DNA from: an uncultured Clostridia bacterium
Lineage (GTDB): Bacteria > Bacillota > Clostridia > Christensenellales > Borkfalkiaceae
Length of the DNA: 64,000 bases
Direction: 5' to 3'
NCBI GenBank assembly: GCA_944367955.1
Contig: CALVWU010000001.1
Location: forward strand, 2,103 to 66,102
Part shown: in pieces, positions 36,093 to 43,728 of the stretch
Layout: the number at the start of each line of letters is the position of its first letter
How positions within the stretch are numbered: the first letter of the stretch is position 1
Translations under genes and position numbers: made by a program
The notes under the pieces: generated by a model
Database searches by the model: none
Told to the model about the DNA's origin: nothing
Seen by the model: the letters and a program-made list of their open reading frames with translations, nothing else

Positions 36093-38522
36093 ATGTCAAC
36101 AACTATTACCGAAAAAGAAGTCAGGGATCTTGTCAAGGGCAAGCTTGCGCGCTACTACGGCGTAGGCCCCGCCGAAGCGACAAAAGACCAGATCTATAAA
36201 GCTGTAGTAATGAGCGTAAGGGACATTCTCTTGCAAAAACGCCAGGTCTTTTCAAAGAAAATGAAGACAAAGCGCGCAAAGAGGGTTTATTACCTGTGCA
36301 TGGAATTTTTGCTGGGCCGTTCGCTTAAAAACAGCTTATACAATTTAAGTGCCACCGACACATTCAAAAAAGTGCTCGAAGGCTACGGAGTTTCGCTTGA
36401 CGAACTCTATGAACTGGAACCTGACGCAGGTTTGGGTAATGGTGGATTAGGCAGGCTTGCCGCCTGCTTTATGGACGCGCTTGCTACGGGCGACTACCCC
36501 GCAATGGGCTATTCGCTGCGCTATGAATACGGTTTATTCAAGCAAAAGATAATCGACGGCTGGCAGACCGAACTGCCCGACGTATGGTTGCCCGGCGGCG
36601 AGATTTGGCTTACGCAGCGTTCCGATAAGTCGTATATTGTGCGTTTCGGCGGCAGAATAGAGGAGAGATGGGCCGAAAACGGCATGGAGATAAATTATAT
36701 CGACAGTCAGGACGTTGAAGCCGTGGCCTATGATATGATGGTATCGGGCAAGGACAGCGACGCCGTTTCGGTACTCAGACTTTGGAAAGCTAAGCCCATG
36801 CAGGATTTTAACATGAAACTGTTCTCGCAGGGCGAATATTACCAGGCAATGGCCGAAGACAACGACGCCGACGTGCTTACAAAGGTACTCTATCCCGCAG
36901 ATAACCACATCAACGGCAAAGCTTTAAGGTTAAAACAGCAATATTTCCTCTGCTCGGCTTCTATTCAGAATATAATAAGCGACCACAGGCACAGATACGG
37001 AGATTTAAGCGATCTGCCCAAACTGGCAGCCATTCATCTGAACGATACACATCCGGCAATGGCGATCGCCGAGCTGATGCGCATTCTTGTAGACGAGTAC
37101 TATTATAAATGGGAGGACGCATGGGCCATTACCACGGCCAGCTGCGCGTACACGAACCACACGGTGCTTGCCGAAGCTTTGGAAACATGGCAGGAAGACC
37201 TTGTTGAAAGAACTGTTCCCAGGATCCATTCCATAATCAAGGAAATCAACAGAAGACTGTGCGAGGAGCTTTGGAACAGATACCCCGGAGAATGGGCTAA
37301 AATATCAAGGATGTCGATAATCGAGCACGACAGAGTTAAGATGGCCAATCTTTCGGTATACGGAAGCCACAGCGTAAACGGCGTTGCAGCGTTGCACAGC
37401 GATATAATCAAAAAATCGGTATTCAGAGATTATTACGATTATACTCCCGAAAAGTTTACCAACGTAACAAACGGCATCGCATACAGAAGATGGCTCTGCC
37501 AGGCCAATCCCGAACTTACAGAGCTGCTTGTCGACTGCATAGGCGACGGGTTTGTTCACGACAGCATGAAGCTTGCCGACTTTAAAAAATTTGAAAACGA
37601 TAACGGCGTTTTAAAGCGGCTTGAAGAGATAAAGGCTATCAAAAAACAGCAGTTTGCGGATTATGCATACAAAAAGCAGGGATTTGTTATCGATCCCAAG
37701 TCGATTTTCGATACCCAGGCAAAGCGTCTTCACGAATATAAACGTCAGCTTTTGAATGCTTTAAACATAATCGATACCTATCTTGACCTTAAAGACAATC
37801 CGGATATGGATATGCAGCCCAAAACTTACATCTTCGGCGCAAAGGCTGCTCCCGGCTATTCGATGGCCAAACAGATCATAAAGCTTATCAACTTCATTTC
37901 GGATGAAATACGCAACGATAAAAAGATAAGTCAAAAGCTGAATGTCGTCTACATGGAAGATTACAACGTTACCATGTCGGAGATTCTTATGCCGGCTTCT
38001 GAAATTTCCGAACAGATTTCGCTTGCTGGCAAAGAGGCCAGCGGCACGGGCAACATGAAGTTCATGATAAACGGCGCGCTCACGATAGGTACTCTCGACG
38101 GCGCAAACGTCGAAATGGCTAACGCGGTGGGAGAGGACAACATATTTATATTCGGCCACAAGGCCAACGAAGTCGACGACATCTGGCGTTCCGGTTATAG
38201 TTCGAGTACTTATTACAACGAATCCCCCAAACTTCGCAGAATTATAGAAGCTCTTATAATCGGTTTCAACGGACAGTCGTTCTCGGATATGGCAAATTAT
38301 CTTTTAACGGGTTCACCCGTGGCCGATCCTTACATGTGTATGGCCGATTTCACGTCGTATAATAAAACACAGCGCGAACTCAGCAGCTTGTATGTTCACG
38401 ATAAGCGCAAGTGGAACCAGATTTCGCTTCGCAACATCGCCGCGTCAGGCTATTTTGCAGCCGACCGCAGTATTAAAGAGTACGCCGAAAATATTTGGAA
38501 TTTGAAACCTTTGACCAAATAA
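36093..38522 (+). CDS. glgP: Glycogen / alpha-glucan phosphorylase
   Basis: GT35 signature EASGTGNMKFMINGA and LGNGGLGRLAAC. Confidence 0.93.
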   Translation: MSTTITEKEVRDLVKGKLARYYGVGPAEATKDQIYKAVVMSVRDILLQKRQVFSKKMKTKRAKRVYYLCMEFLLGRSLKNSLYNLSATDTFKKVLEGYGVSLDELYELEPDAGLGNGGLGRLAACFMDALATGDYPAMGYSLRYEYGLFKQKIIDGWQTELPDVWLPGGEIWLTQRSDKSYIVRFGGRIEERWAENGMEINYIDSQDVEAVAYDMMVSGKDSDAVSVLRLWKAKPMQDFNMKLFSQGEYYQAMAEDNDADVLTKVLYPADNHINGKALRLKQQYFLCSASIQNIISDHRHRYGDLSDLPKLAAIHLNDTHPAMAIAELMRILVDEYYYKWEDAWAITTASCAYTNHTVLAEALETWQEDLVERTVPRIHSIIKEINRRLCEELWNRYPGEWAKISRMSIIEHDRVKMANLSVYGSHSVNGVAALHSDIIKKSVFRDYYDYTPEKFTNVTNGIAYRRWLCQANPELTELLVDCIGDGFVHDSMKLADFKKFENDNGVLKRLEEIKAIKKQQFADYAYKKQGFVIDPKSIFDTQAKRLHEYKRQLLNALNIIDTYLDLKDNPDMDMQPKTYIFGAKAAPGYSMAKQIIKLINFISDEIRNDKKISQKLNVVYMEDYNVTMSEILMPASEISEQISLAGKEASGTGNMKFMINGALTIGTLDGANVEMANAVGEDNIFIFGHKANEVDDIWRSGYSSSTYYNESPKLRRIIEALIIGFNGQSFSDMANYLLTGSPVADPYMCMADFTSYNKTQRELSSLYVHDKRKWNQISLRNIAASGYFAADRSIKEYAENIWNLKPLTK

Positions 38523-38536
38523 CTAACAGCGCAAAT

Positions 38537-38570
38537 GCAATAAAAGCGGGCTAAAACCCGCTTTTATTGC
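38537..38570 (+). terminator. Terminator hairpin after glgP (14-bp stem)
   Basis: gcaataaaagcggg-ctaaaa-cccgcttttattgc. Confidence 0.7.
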
Positions 38571-38595
38571 TAAATATATTAAAATATTGCCTAAA

Positions 38596-38620
38596 AATAA
38601 GTACTATGCGTGGCATAATT
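38596..38620 (-). repeat. Copy S2 of the motif (minus-strand reading AATTATGCCACGCATAGTACTTATT)
   Basis: Shares TAATTATGC-N4-CATAGTAC with copy S3, in inverted orientation. Confidence 0.5.
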
Positions 38621-39059
38621 ATCGTGTTCTTGTTTCAATTTGCTTTAAAAGATACATTTTAATGATTAAATTTAGAGTTGTCCGCAACACAAAAATGTGA
38701 CGATAGCACATTAATTTTCAGTTTATTATGGCGTAGAGGTTTTTTTATAGGCAACTTTATTGAAAAAAATTGTTTCGGTAAATTAAATTTAAAGCAGAGT
38801 GCGTTAAATTATCGAAGAATAAACGCTTTAAGCGAGCGCGCACCGGATATTCAGGGCAGAAGCGATTAATCTTGCCAGGTATGTCTGATTATGTTTTTAC
38901 TATTTGACGTTTGACGACGGCTTAAAACTTTAAAAATGCTTGCGGGCTGTAACTTTCAAAGCGTAATGCCTTTGCGTTATCGCCGCGTTGTCCTGCAAAA
39001 AATCATTGTCGCGAACCGACGCAGTGTCGTATAACGCGCCGGAACCGTTGTAAACGGCT

Positions 39060-39081
39060 TCGGACTTAATTCGGACTTAAT
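39060..39081 (+). repeat. Perfect tandem duplication of an 11-mer (tcggacttaat x2)
   Basis: Read directly from the sequence. Confidence 0.8.
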
Positions 39082-39218
39082 TTTGTCGCGCAGCGATTTA
39101 TTAAAAGACTACGACGGCACCATAAAATTGCCAGACTAAATTCAAATTAAAATTTGACGTTATCTTTAATTTAATTGATTTCACAAGACACTTTTCTAAA
39201 ATTGTTGTTTTATTGAGA

Positions 39219-39254
39219 TATTTATTCGTAAAAGCTGCATTTTACGAATAAATA
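39219..39254. repeat. Perfect inverted repeat, 15-bp arms with a 6-bp spacer (TATTTATTCGTAAAA-GCTGCA-TTTTACGAATAAATA)
   Basis: Read directly. No adjacent T-run. Lies about 180 nt upstream of the recombinase start. Confidence 0.8.
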
Positions 39255-39432
39255 CTTATATTCCCGCACTCACATAAAAAATGCTCGAAGACCAATATTT
39301 TTTCCTATTTTAACGACTTTAATGTTCTTTTGCCGACATGCGACTGCTGTCAATTCGAAAATGCTTTTAATCCTTCTACTCACGCTTCGCAATTAATTTT
39401 AGCGTTGTATTAAGTTTTAACGAGGTTCAGCT

Positions 39433-40503
39433 TTGCCTACATCAAAAAACAGCTCTAATTATTACACCGAGCGCAACAATAAAAATCTTGCAGCCGTCAA
39501 CTTGCTGCTCGAAAATTCCTTGCCCGACTTCTGCGCGGACTATTTTTTGGCCATCGACAGCCAAACATCCCCTCTTACGCGCTTGAATTATGCGCACGAT
39601 CTTAAAATTTTTTTCCACTTTCTTCTTGCGCGGCGTTTCAAAAGCTATTCCACCCCAAAGCAGTTCACTCTGATTGACCTTGAAAGCGTTACAAACAATG
39701 ACATAGAAATGTTTTTGGCATATTTGTCGCACTACTCCTATCAAAACAGGCAGCATTCCTGCAACGACCGTGCCAAGGCGCGAAAACTTTCCTCTGTTCG
39801 CGCAATGTTTAAATATTTTTTTAATAAGGGATTGATTTCGGTTGATAATTCCGCAAAAGTCGCAACCCCCAAGTTACACGAAAAACCCATCATTCGCCTC
39901 GAAGGTGAAGAAATTTTTAATATTATCGACGTTGCCGAATCCGGTAGCGGCCTTTCCCCGCACCAGCAGGCCTTTCATGAGCGGTCAAAAGTGCGCGACA
40001 GTGCAATAATCATACTGTTTTTAGGCACGGGCATCCGTATAAGCGAGCTTGTCGGGTTGAACAATGAGGACATAAATTTCGGAGACAATTCGTTTGTGGT
40101 GACCCGAAAAGGCGGCGGCAAAGCCATACTCTACTTTGATAACGACGTTGCGGAAGCATTGAAACGCTATATCGAGCAAAAACAACAGACAGATTTAAGC
40201 TGCGGCCCCAAGGATGCGCTGTTCTTATCTTCGCAAAAACGCAGAATTACAGTGCGCGCAGTTGAAAATCTGGTGCAAAAGTATGCCAAAATCGTTTCTC
40301 CGCTCAAAAAAATATCGCCGCATAAACTCAGAAGTACTTACGGCACCGCCCTCTACCGTGCCACCGGTGACATTTATGTGGTTGCCGACGTGCTCGGCCA
40401 CAAAGACGTAAACACAACCCGAAAACACTATGCCGCTCTTACCGACGACGCCCGTCGCTCGGTAGTCGGTAAAGTAAAACTTCATCACGACGACGATGAT
40501 TGA
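39433..40503 (+). CDS. Tyrosine-type site-specific recombinase (Xer/integrase family), TTG start
   Basis: N-terminal SAM-like core-binding domain. Catalytic residues in GTGIRISEL (R), HKLRST (H-x-x-R) and GHKDVNTTRKHY (H..Y). GAGG RBS lies upstream of the TTG start. Confidence 0.85.
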   Translation: MPTSKNSSNYYTERNNKNLAAVNLLLENSLPDFCADYFLAIDSQTSPLTRLNYAHDLKIFFHFLLARRFKSYSTPKQFTLIDLESVTNNDIEMFLAYLSHYSYQNRQHSCNDRAKARKLSSVRAMFKYFFNKGLISVDNSAKVATPKLHEKPIIRLEGEEIFNIIDVAESGSGLSPHQQAFHERSKVRDSAIIILFLGTGIRISELVGLNNEDINFGDNSFVVTRKGGGKAILYFDNDVAEALKRYIEQKQQTDLSCGPKDALFLSSQKRRITVRAVENLVQKYAKIVSPLKKISPHKLRSTYGTALYRATGDIYVVADVLGHKDVNTTRKHYAALTDDARRSVVGKVKLHHDDDD

Positions 40504-40517
40504 GTGCTTTGCCAATT

Positions 40518-40542
40518 AATTATGCGTAACATAGTACATTTT
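40518..40542 (+). repeat. Copy S3 of the motif AATTATGCGTAACATAGTACATTTT, starting 15 nt after the recombinase stop codon
   Basis: Inverted relative to copies S1 and S2. Confidence 0.6.
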
Positions 40543-40575
40543 AAATTACTAATTATTCGCTAAATTTTATTAACT

Positions 40576-41793
40576 ATGGAGCAAATCGAAAAAATATTTA
40601 TAATTCAGCCAATCCTTGACGAAAATTGGCGCGTACTGCATTCCGAAGCCGTTTCGCTTATAGAGAGCGCGGGCGGCTCTTATTGCGGTTCGTGTCATCA
40701 GGTAATAAAAGAGATAAATCCCGCCACCTACATCGGTTCGGGTAAACTTAAAGAGATAGCGCAGACTCTCGACGGTCTCGACGGAGTTACCATACTGTTC
40801 AACGGCGAATTGTCCCCTTCGCAGACATTGAATATTTCGGCGGCTCTTGACAACAGAAAAGTGATAGACCGCACCACTCTGATTTTGGACATCTTTGCAT
40901 TAAACGCGGTTACCGGTGAAGGTAAAATACAAGTCGAACTTGCCCAGCTTAAATATATCTATCCCCGGCTTAAAGGCAAGGGCGCGGCTCTCTCCCGTCT
41001 GGGCGGCGGGATAGGCTCGCGCGGGCCGGGCGAAACGCAGCTTGAAACGGACAGACGACATATCCGCTATCGCATCAAGTATCTTGAAAACCGCCTTAAA
41101 GAAACAGCCACCCGCCGCGGACTGCAGCTCGGAAGAAGAGAAAAGCGCGATGTAAAAACCATCGCTCTCGTCGGCTATACCAACACGGGAAAATCAAGCC
41201 TGATGAACGCTTTGACGGGCGCGGGCGTACTTGAAAAGAACGCTCTGTTTGCCACCCTCGACCCCACGGCACGCAGATTTATGATAGACGGCAACGAATT
41301 TGTACTTATCGACACCGTAGGATTCATACAAAAACTCCCGCACGACATCGTTGAGGCGTTTAAATCCACATTGGAGAGCGCGGTAAACTGCGACCTGGCA
41401 TTGTTTATAGCCGATGCTTCGGGCGATTATCGGATGCAGTTCGAAACCACTCTCTCCACCCTTGTTTCTCTCGGATTCAACAAACCGTACCTTAAAGTTT
41501 TAAATAAATGCGATCTTGTTGAAGATACGGAACATCTGCCCACCGACTGCATATACATTTCGGTAAAGCAGGGCCGCGGTATCGAAGAGCTTAAAGAGCG
41601 TATTTTAAACAGTTTTGCCGATAAATTCACAACGCTTCGACTTTCCGTGCCATATAGCGAACTCGGAAACTACTCCTCGCTGGCATATGCCGTCAAGGAG
41701 CACGGCAGAACTTTTACCGATACGGGATTAGACGCGGATTGCACGATCGAAAACAAGTATTTACACCTTTTCGATAAATATATCGCTAAATAG
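40576..41793 (+). CDS. hflX: GTPase HflX
   Basis: HflX N-domain (GSGKLKEI, QVELAQLKY, GPGETQLETDRR) and G-domain (GYTNTGKSSLMNALT, DTVGF, NKCD). Confidence 0.9.
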   Translation: MEQIEKIFIIQPILDENWRVLHSEAVSLIESAGGSYCGSCHQVIKEINPATYIGSGKLKEIAQTLDGLDGVTILFNGELSPSQTLNISAALDNRKVIDRTTLILDIFALNAVTGEGKIQVELAQLKYIYPRLKGKGAALSRLGGGIGSRGPGETQLETDRRHIRYRIKYLENRLKETATRRGLQLGRREKRDVKTIALVGYTNTGKSSLMNALTGAGVLEKNALFATLDPTARRFMIDGNEFVLIDTVGFIQKLPHDIVEAFKSTLESAVNCDLALFIADASGDYRMQFETTLSTLVSLGFNKPYLKVLNKCDLVEDTEHLPTDCIYISVKQGRGIEELKERILNSFADKFTTLRLSVPYSELGNYSSLAYAVKEHGRTFTDTGLDADCTIENKYLHLFDKYIAK

Positions 41794-41905
41794 GTTCGCC
41801 ATCGTAAAAATTGCGCACACAGCTCTGTTTTATCCGGACTTTTAGCCAATTTATATTGAGAAAACCACATTTCGGCCTGTTTTCATAAAACTGATTCGCA
41901 TTAAA

Positions 41906-41949
41906 ACGAAAAACGGCTGCGCGCCGCAAACTTTAAGCTTGCGGCGCGC
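41906..41949. terminator. Terminator hairpin (11-bp GC stem) between hflX and the small minus-strand ORF
   Basis: gcgcgccgcaa-N9-ttgcggcgcgc. The T-run lies on the minus strand. Confidence 0.7.
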
Positions 41950-41966
41950 TTTAAAACGGTAAAAAT

Positions 41967-42143
41967 TTACTCCTCGTCTTCCATTATTATTTTATCGATC
42001 TTAATTACGGCGTCGTCGCGTATATCAAGACATTTGCCGCAGTTATCGCACACTTTTTCGGGATCGAGGTCGCACATGTCGCACTCCCCGCACTCGATAC
42101 ACTCTCTGTCATAAAGAACGCATTCTTCACCCCTCTTTTTCAT
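41967..42143 (-). CDS. Unannotated 58-aa Cys-rich protein (below the 60-aa cutoff of the ORF track)
   Basis: Translation: MKKRGEECVLYDRECIECGECDMCDLDPEKVCDNCGKCLDIRDDAVIKIDKIIMEDEE. AAGGAG RBS, own promoter TTGTAA-17-TATAAT (42175-42203), and a terminator downstream. Confidence 0.55.
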   Translation of the reverse strand: MKKRGEECVLYDRECIECGECDMCDLDPEKVCDNCGKCLDIRDDAVIKIDKIIMEDEE

Positions 42144-42235
42144 GCCGATTTGCTCCTTTAATTTGTTTTAAAATATTATATACCACTTAAAATCAAATTA
42201 CAAGCAAAAACATATTAATAATTTGTGTAAAATGC

Positions 42236-42249
42236 GGAACAAACGTTTG
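42236..42249. promoter_or_regulatory. LexA (Cheo) box GGAACAAACGTTTG overlapping the -35 of the lexA promoter
   Basis: GAAC-N4-GTTT matches the Firmicute consensus CGAAC-N4-GTTCG with one core mismatch. Confidence 0.65.
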
Positions 42250-42275
42250 CAATTTGTGCTGTGGTATGTTATACT
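42247..42275 (+). promoter_or_regulatory. lexA promoter TTGCAA-17-TATACT
   Basis: Motif spacing read from the sequence. Confidence 0.6.
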
Positions 42276-42298
42276 TTAAACAAGATCGGAGGTGACTT

Positions 42299-42892
42299 AT
42301 GAAAAAGCTGAATAAACACGATGAAGTTTATAAATATATCCTCAACTTTATCGAGGACAACGGCTATGCGCCCACCGTGCGCGAGATTTGCCGTGCCTGC
42401 GGGATCGCCTCCACCGCCACGGCGTTTTCGATAATGAATAGACTGGCCGAAGAGGGTTTGATAAACAAAAGCAAGGTTGGCGAAAACAAACGCAGAGCCA
42501 TTTCAATAACGCAAAATGCGGTAAAAGTGCCGCTGATCGGCACGGTAGCAGCAGGCGAACCTATCTTTGCACAGCAAAATTATGAGGACTTTATTTCGCT
42601 TCCCGCCAATTTTTTTAAGGGCGAAGATTTGTTCATGTTAACCGTCAAAGGCGATTCGATGATAAAAATAGGCATGCTGAACGGCGACAAAATCGTTGTT
42701 CAAAAACAGCCCGTTGCCGACGACGGCGATATTGTAGTGGCTTTGGTTGACGATTCCGCAACGGTTAAACGCTTTTTCCGCCGCAACGGAAAATTCGTGC
42801 TGCATCCCGAAAACGACGAAATGGACGACTTTATCTTTGACGAAGTTACGATTTTGGGCAAGGTAATCGGCCTTGTAAGAAGTTTGGATTAA
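42299..42892 (+). CDS. lexA: LexA repressor
   Basis: Winged HTH N-terminus, Ala-Gly cleavage site (VAAGEPI), S24 peptidase GDSM and a KRF Lys. GGAGGTG RBS. Confidence 0.93.
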   Translation: MKKLNKHDEVYKYILNFIEDNGYAPTVREICRACGIASTATAFSIMNRLAEEGLINKSKVGENKRRAISITQNAVKVPLIGTVAAGEPIFAQQNYEDFISLPANFFKGEDLFMLTVKGDSMIKIGMLNGDKIVVQKQPVADDGDIVVALVDDSATVKRFFRRNGKFVLHPENDEMDDFIFDEVTILGKVIGLVRSLD

Positions 42893-42902
42893 ATTTTACG
42901 TT

Positions 42903-42932
42903 AAAACGCGCAGCATCCGCCGCGCGTTTTTT
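42903..42932 (+). terminator. Intrinsic terminator after lexA
   Basis: aaaacgcgc-N10-gcgcgtttttt. Confidence 0.6.
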
Positions 42933-42960
42933 GCATGCTAACCATCGCATTTTCGCTTTT

Positions 42961-43000
42961 TTACCAAAACCGGCGCGGCCCGCAGATGCGGGCCGCGCCG
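42961..43000 (-). terminator. Intrinsic terminator after rluB (13-bp GC stem)
   Basis: cggcgcggcccgc-agat-gcgggccgcgccg, with a minus-strand T-tract. Confidence 0.7.
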
Positions 43001-43006
43001 TATACG

Positions 43007-43708
43007 TTACAGCGAACGTAAATATTCGATTTCCTGTTTTGTGAGTTTGCGGCACTGTCCCCTGTCCAAGCCGCGCAGAGTAAGTTCTCCAACCTTTACG
43101 CGCTTTAAAAGAGTGACCTCCCTGCCGATTGCGGCAAACATTTTGCGAATTTCGCGGTTTTTGCCCTCGGTTAACGTTATATGTATCTTTGTGTACTCCC
43201 TGTGCGTTTCAACTATGTGCGCCCTGCACTTTTTCGTCACATACCCTCCCTCTATCTCTATCCCGCTGCGTATGGGGTTCAACGTCGCTTCGGTAGCCGT
43301 GCCTTCGATCTTTACCAGATAAGTTTTAGGTATTCCGTTGGAAGGATGGGTAAGGTGCTGGGCAAGTTCGCCGTCGGTGGTAAGAATAAGCAAACCCTCG
43401 CTGTCATAATCGAGCCTGCCGACAGGGAAAAGCCGCCCCGCGCCTTCGGGCATTAAATCCATAACCGTCTTTCTCCCTCGCTCGTCCGAAACCGTGCTCA
43501 AATAGCCCTTCGGCTTGTTCAAAATGTAATACTCGTTCTTTTTGACTGAAACTTTAACGCCGTTTACGGCTATTTCATCGCCGTCGCCTACTTCCATACC
43601 GAGAGCGGCAACTATGCCATTCACTTTCACCTTGCCCTGTTTTATCAGCTCGTCGCAGTCGCGGCGCGATGCCACGCCGCAGGCCGCGAGATATTTGTTC
43701 AATCTCAT
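43007..43708 (-). CDS. rluB: RluB/RsuA-family rRNA pseudouridine synthase
   Basis: S4 domain (MRLNKYLAACGVASRR) and catalytic motif GRLDYDSEGLLILT. Confidence 0.85.
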   Translation of the reverse strand: MRLNKYLAACGVASRRDCDELIKQGKVKVNGIVAALGMEVGDGDEIAVNGVKVSVKKNEYYILNKPKGYLSTVSDERGRKTVMDLMPEGAGRLFPVGRLDYDSEGLLILTTDGELAQHLTHPSNGIPKTYLVKIEGTATEATLNPIRSGIEIEGGYVTKKCRAHIVETHREYTKIHITLTEGKNREIRKMFAAIGREVTLLKRVKVGELTLRGLDRGQCRKLTKQEIEYLRSL

Positions 43709-43728
43709 ATAAAACCCTTAAAAATTTA

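Larger units (their letters stand above)
38621..39432. other. ORF-poor, visibly AT-rich non-coding tract upstream of the recombinase gene
   Basis: No ORF has an RBS on either strand. Contains a tandem 11-mer and a perfect 15-6-15 palindrome. Confidence 0.6.

Noticed and set aside
38678-38869. 63-aa ORF inside the AT-rich tract.
   Set aside because: TTG start with no SD, a low-complexity and odd translation, and an AT-rich context. Probably non-coding.
38596-40575. Prophage, ICE or IS interpretation of the recombinase locus.
   Set aside because: There are no phage, conjugation, transposase, excisionase or cargo genes. The locus is not adjacent to a tRNA, and no direct-repeat att duplication was seen. 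Only the recombinase and the repeats are present, so it is reported as a candidate invertible or relic element rather than annotated as a mobile element.
42144-42298. SOS (LexA) regulation of the divergent 58-aa ORF, analogous to yneA-lexA in Bacillus.
   Set aside because: The single Cheo box overlaps the lexA -35 but lies upstream of the small gene's own -35/-10, where repression is not expected. No second box was found.
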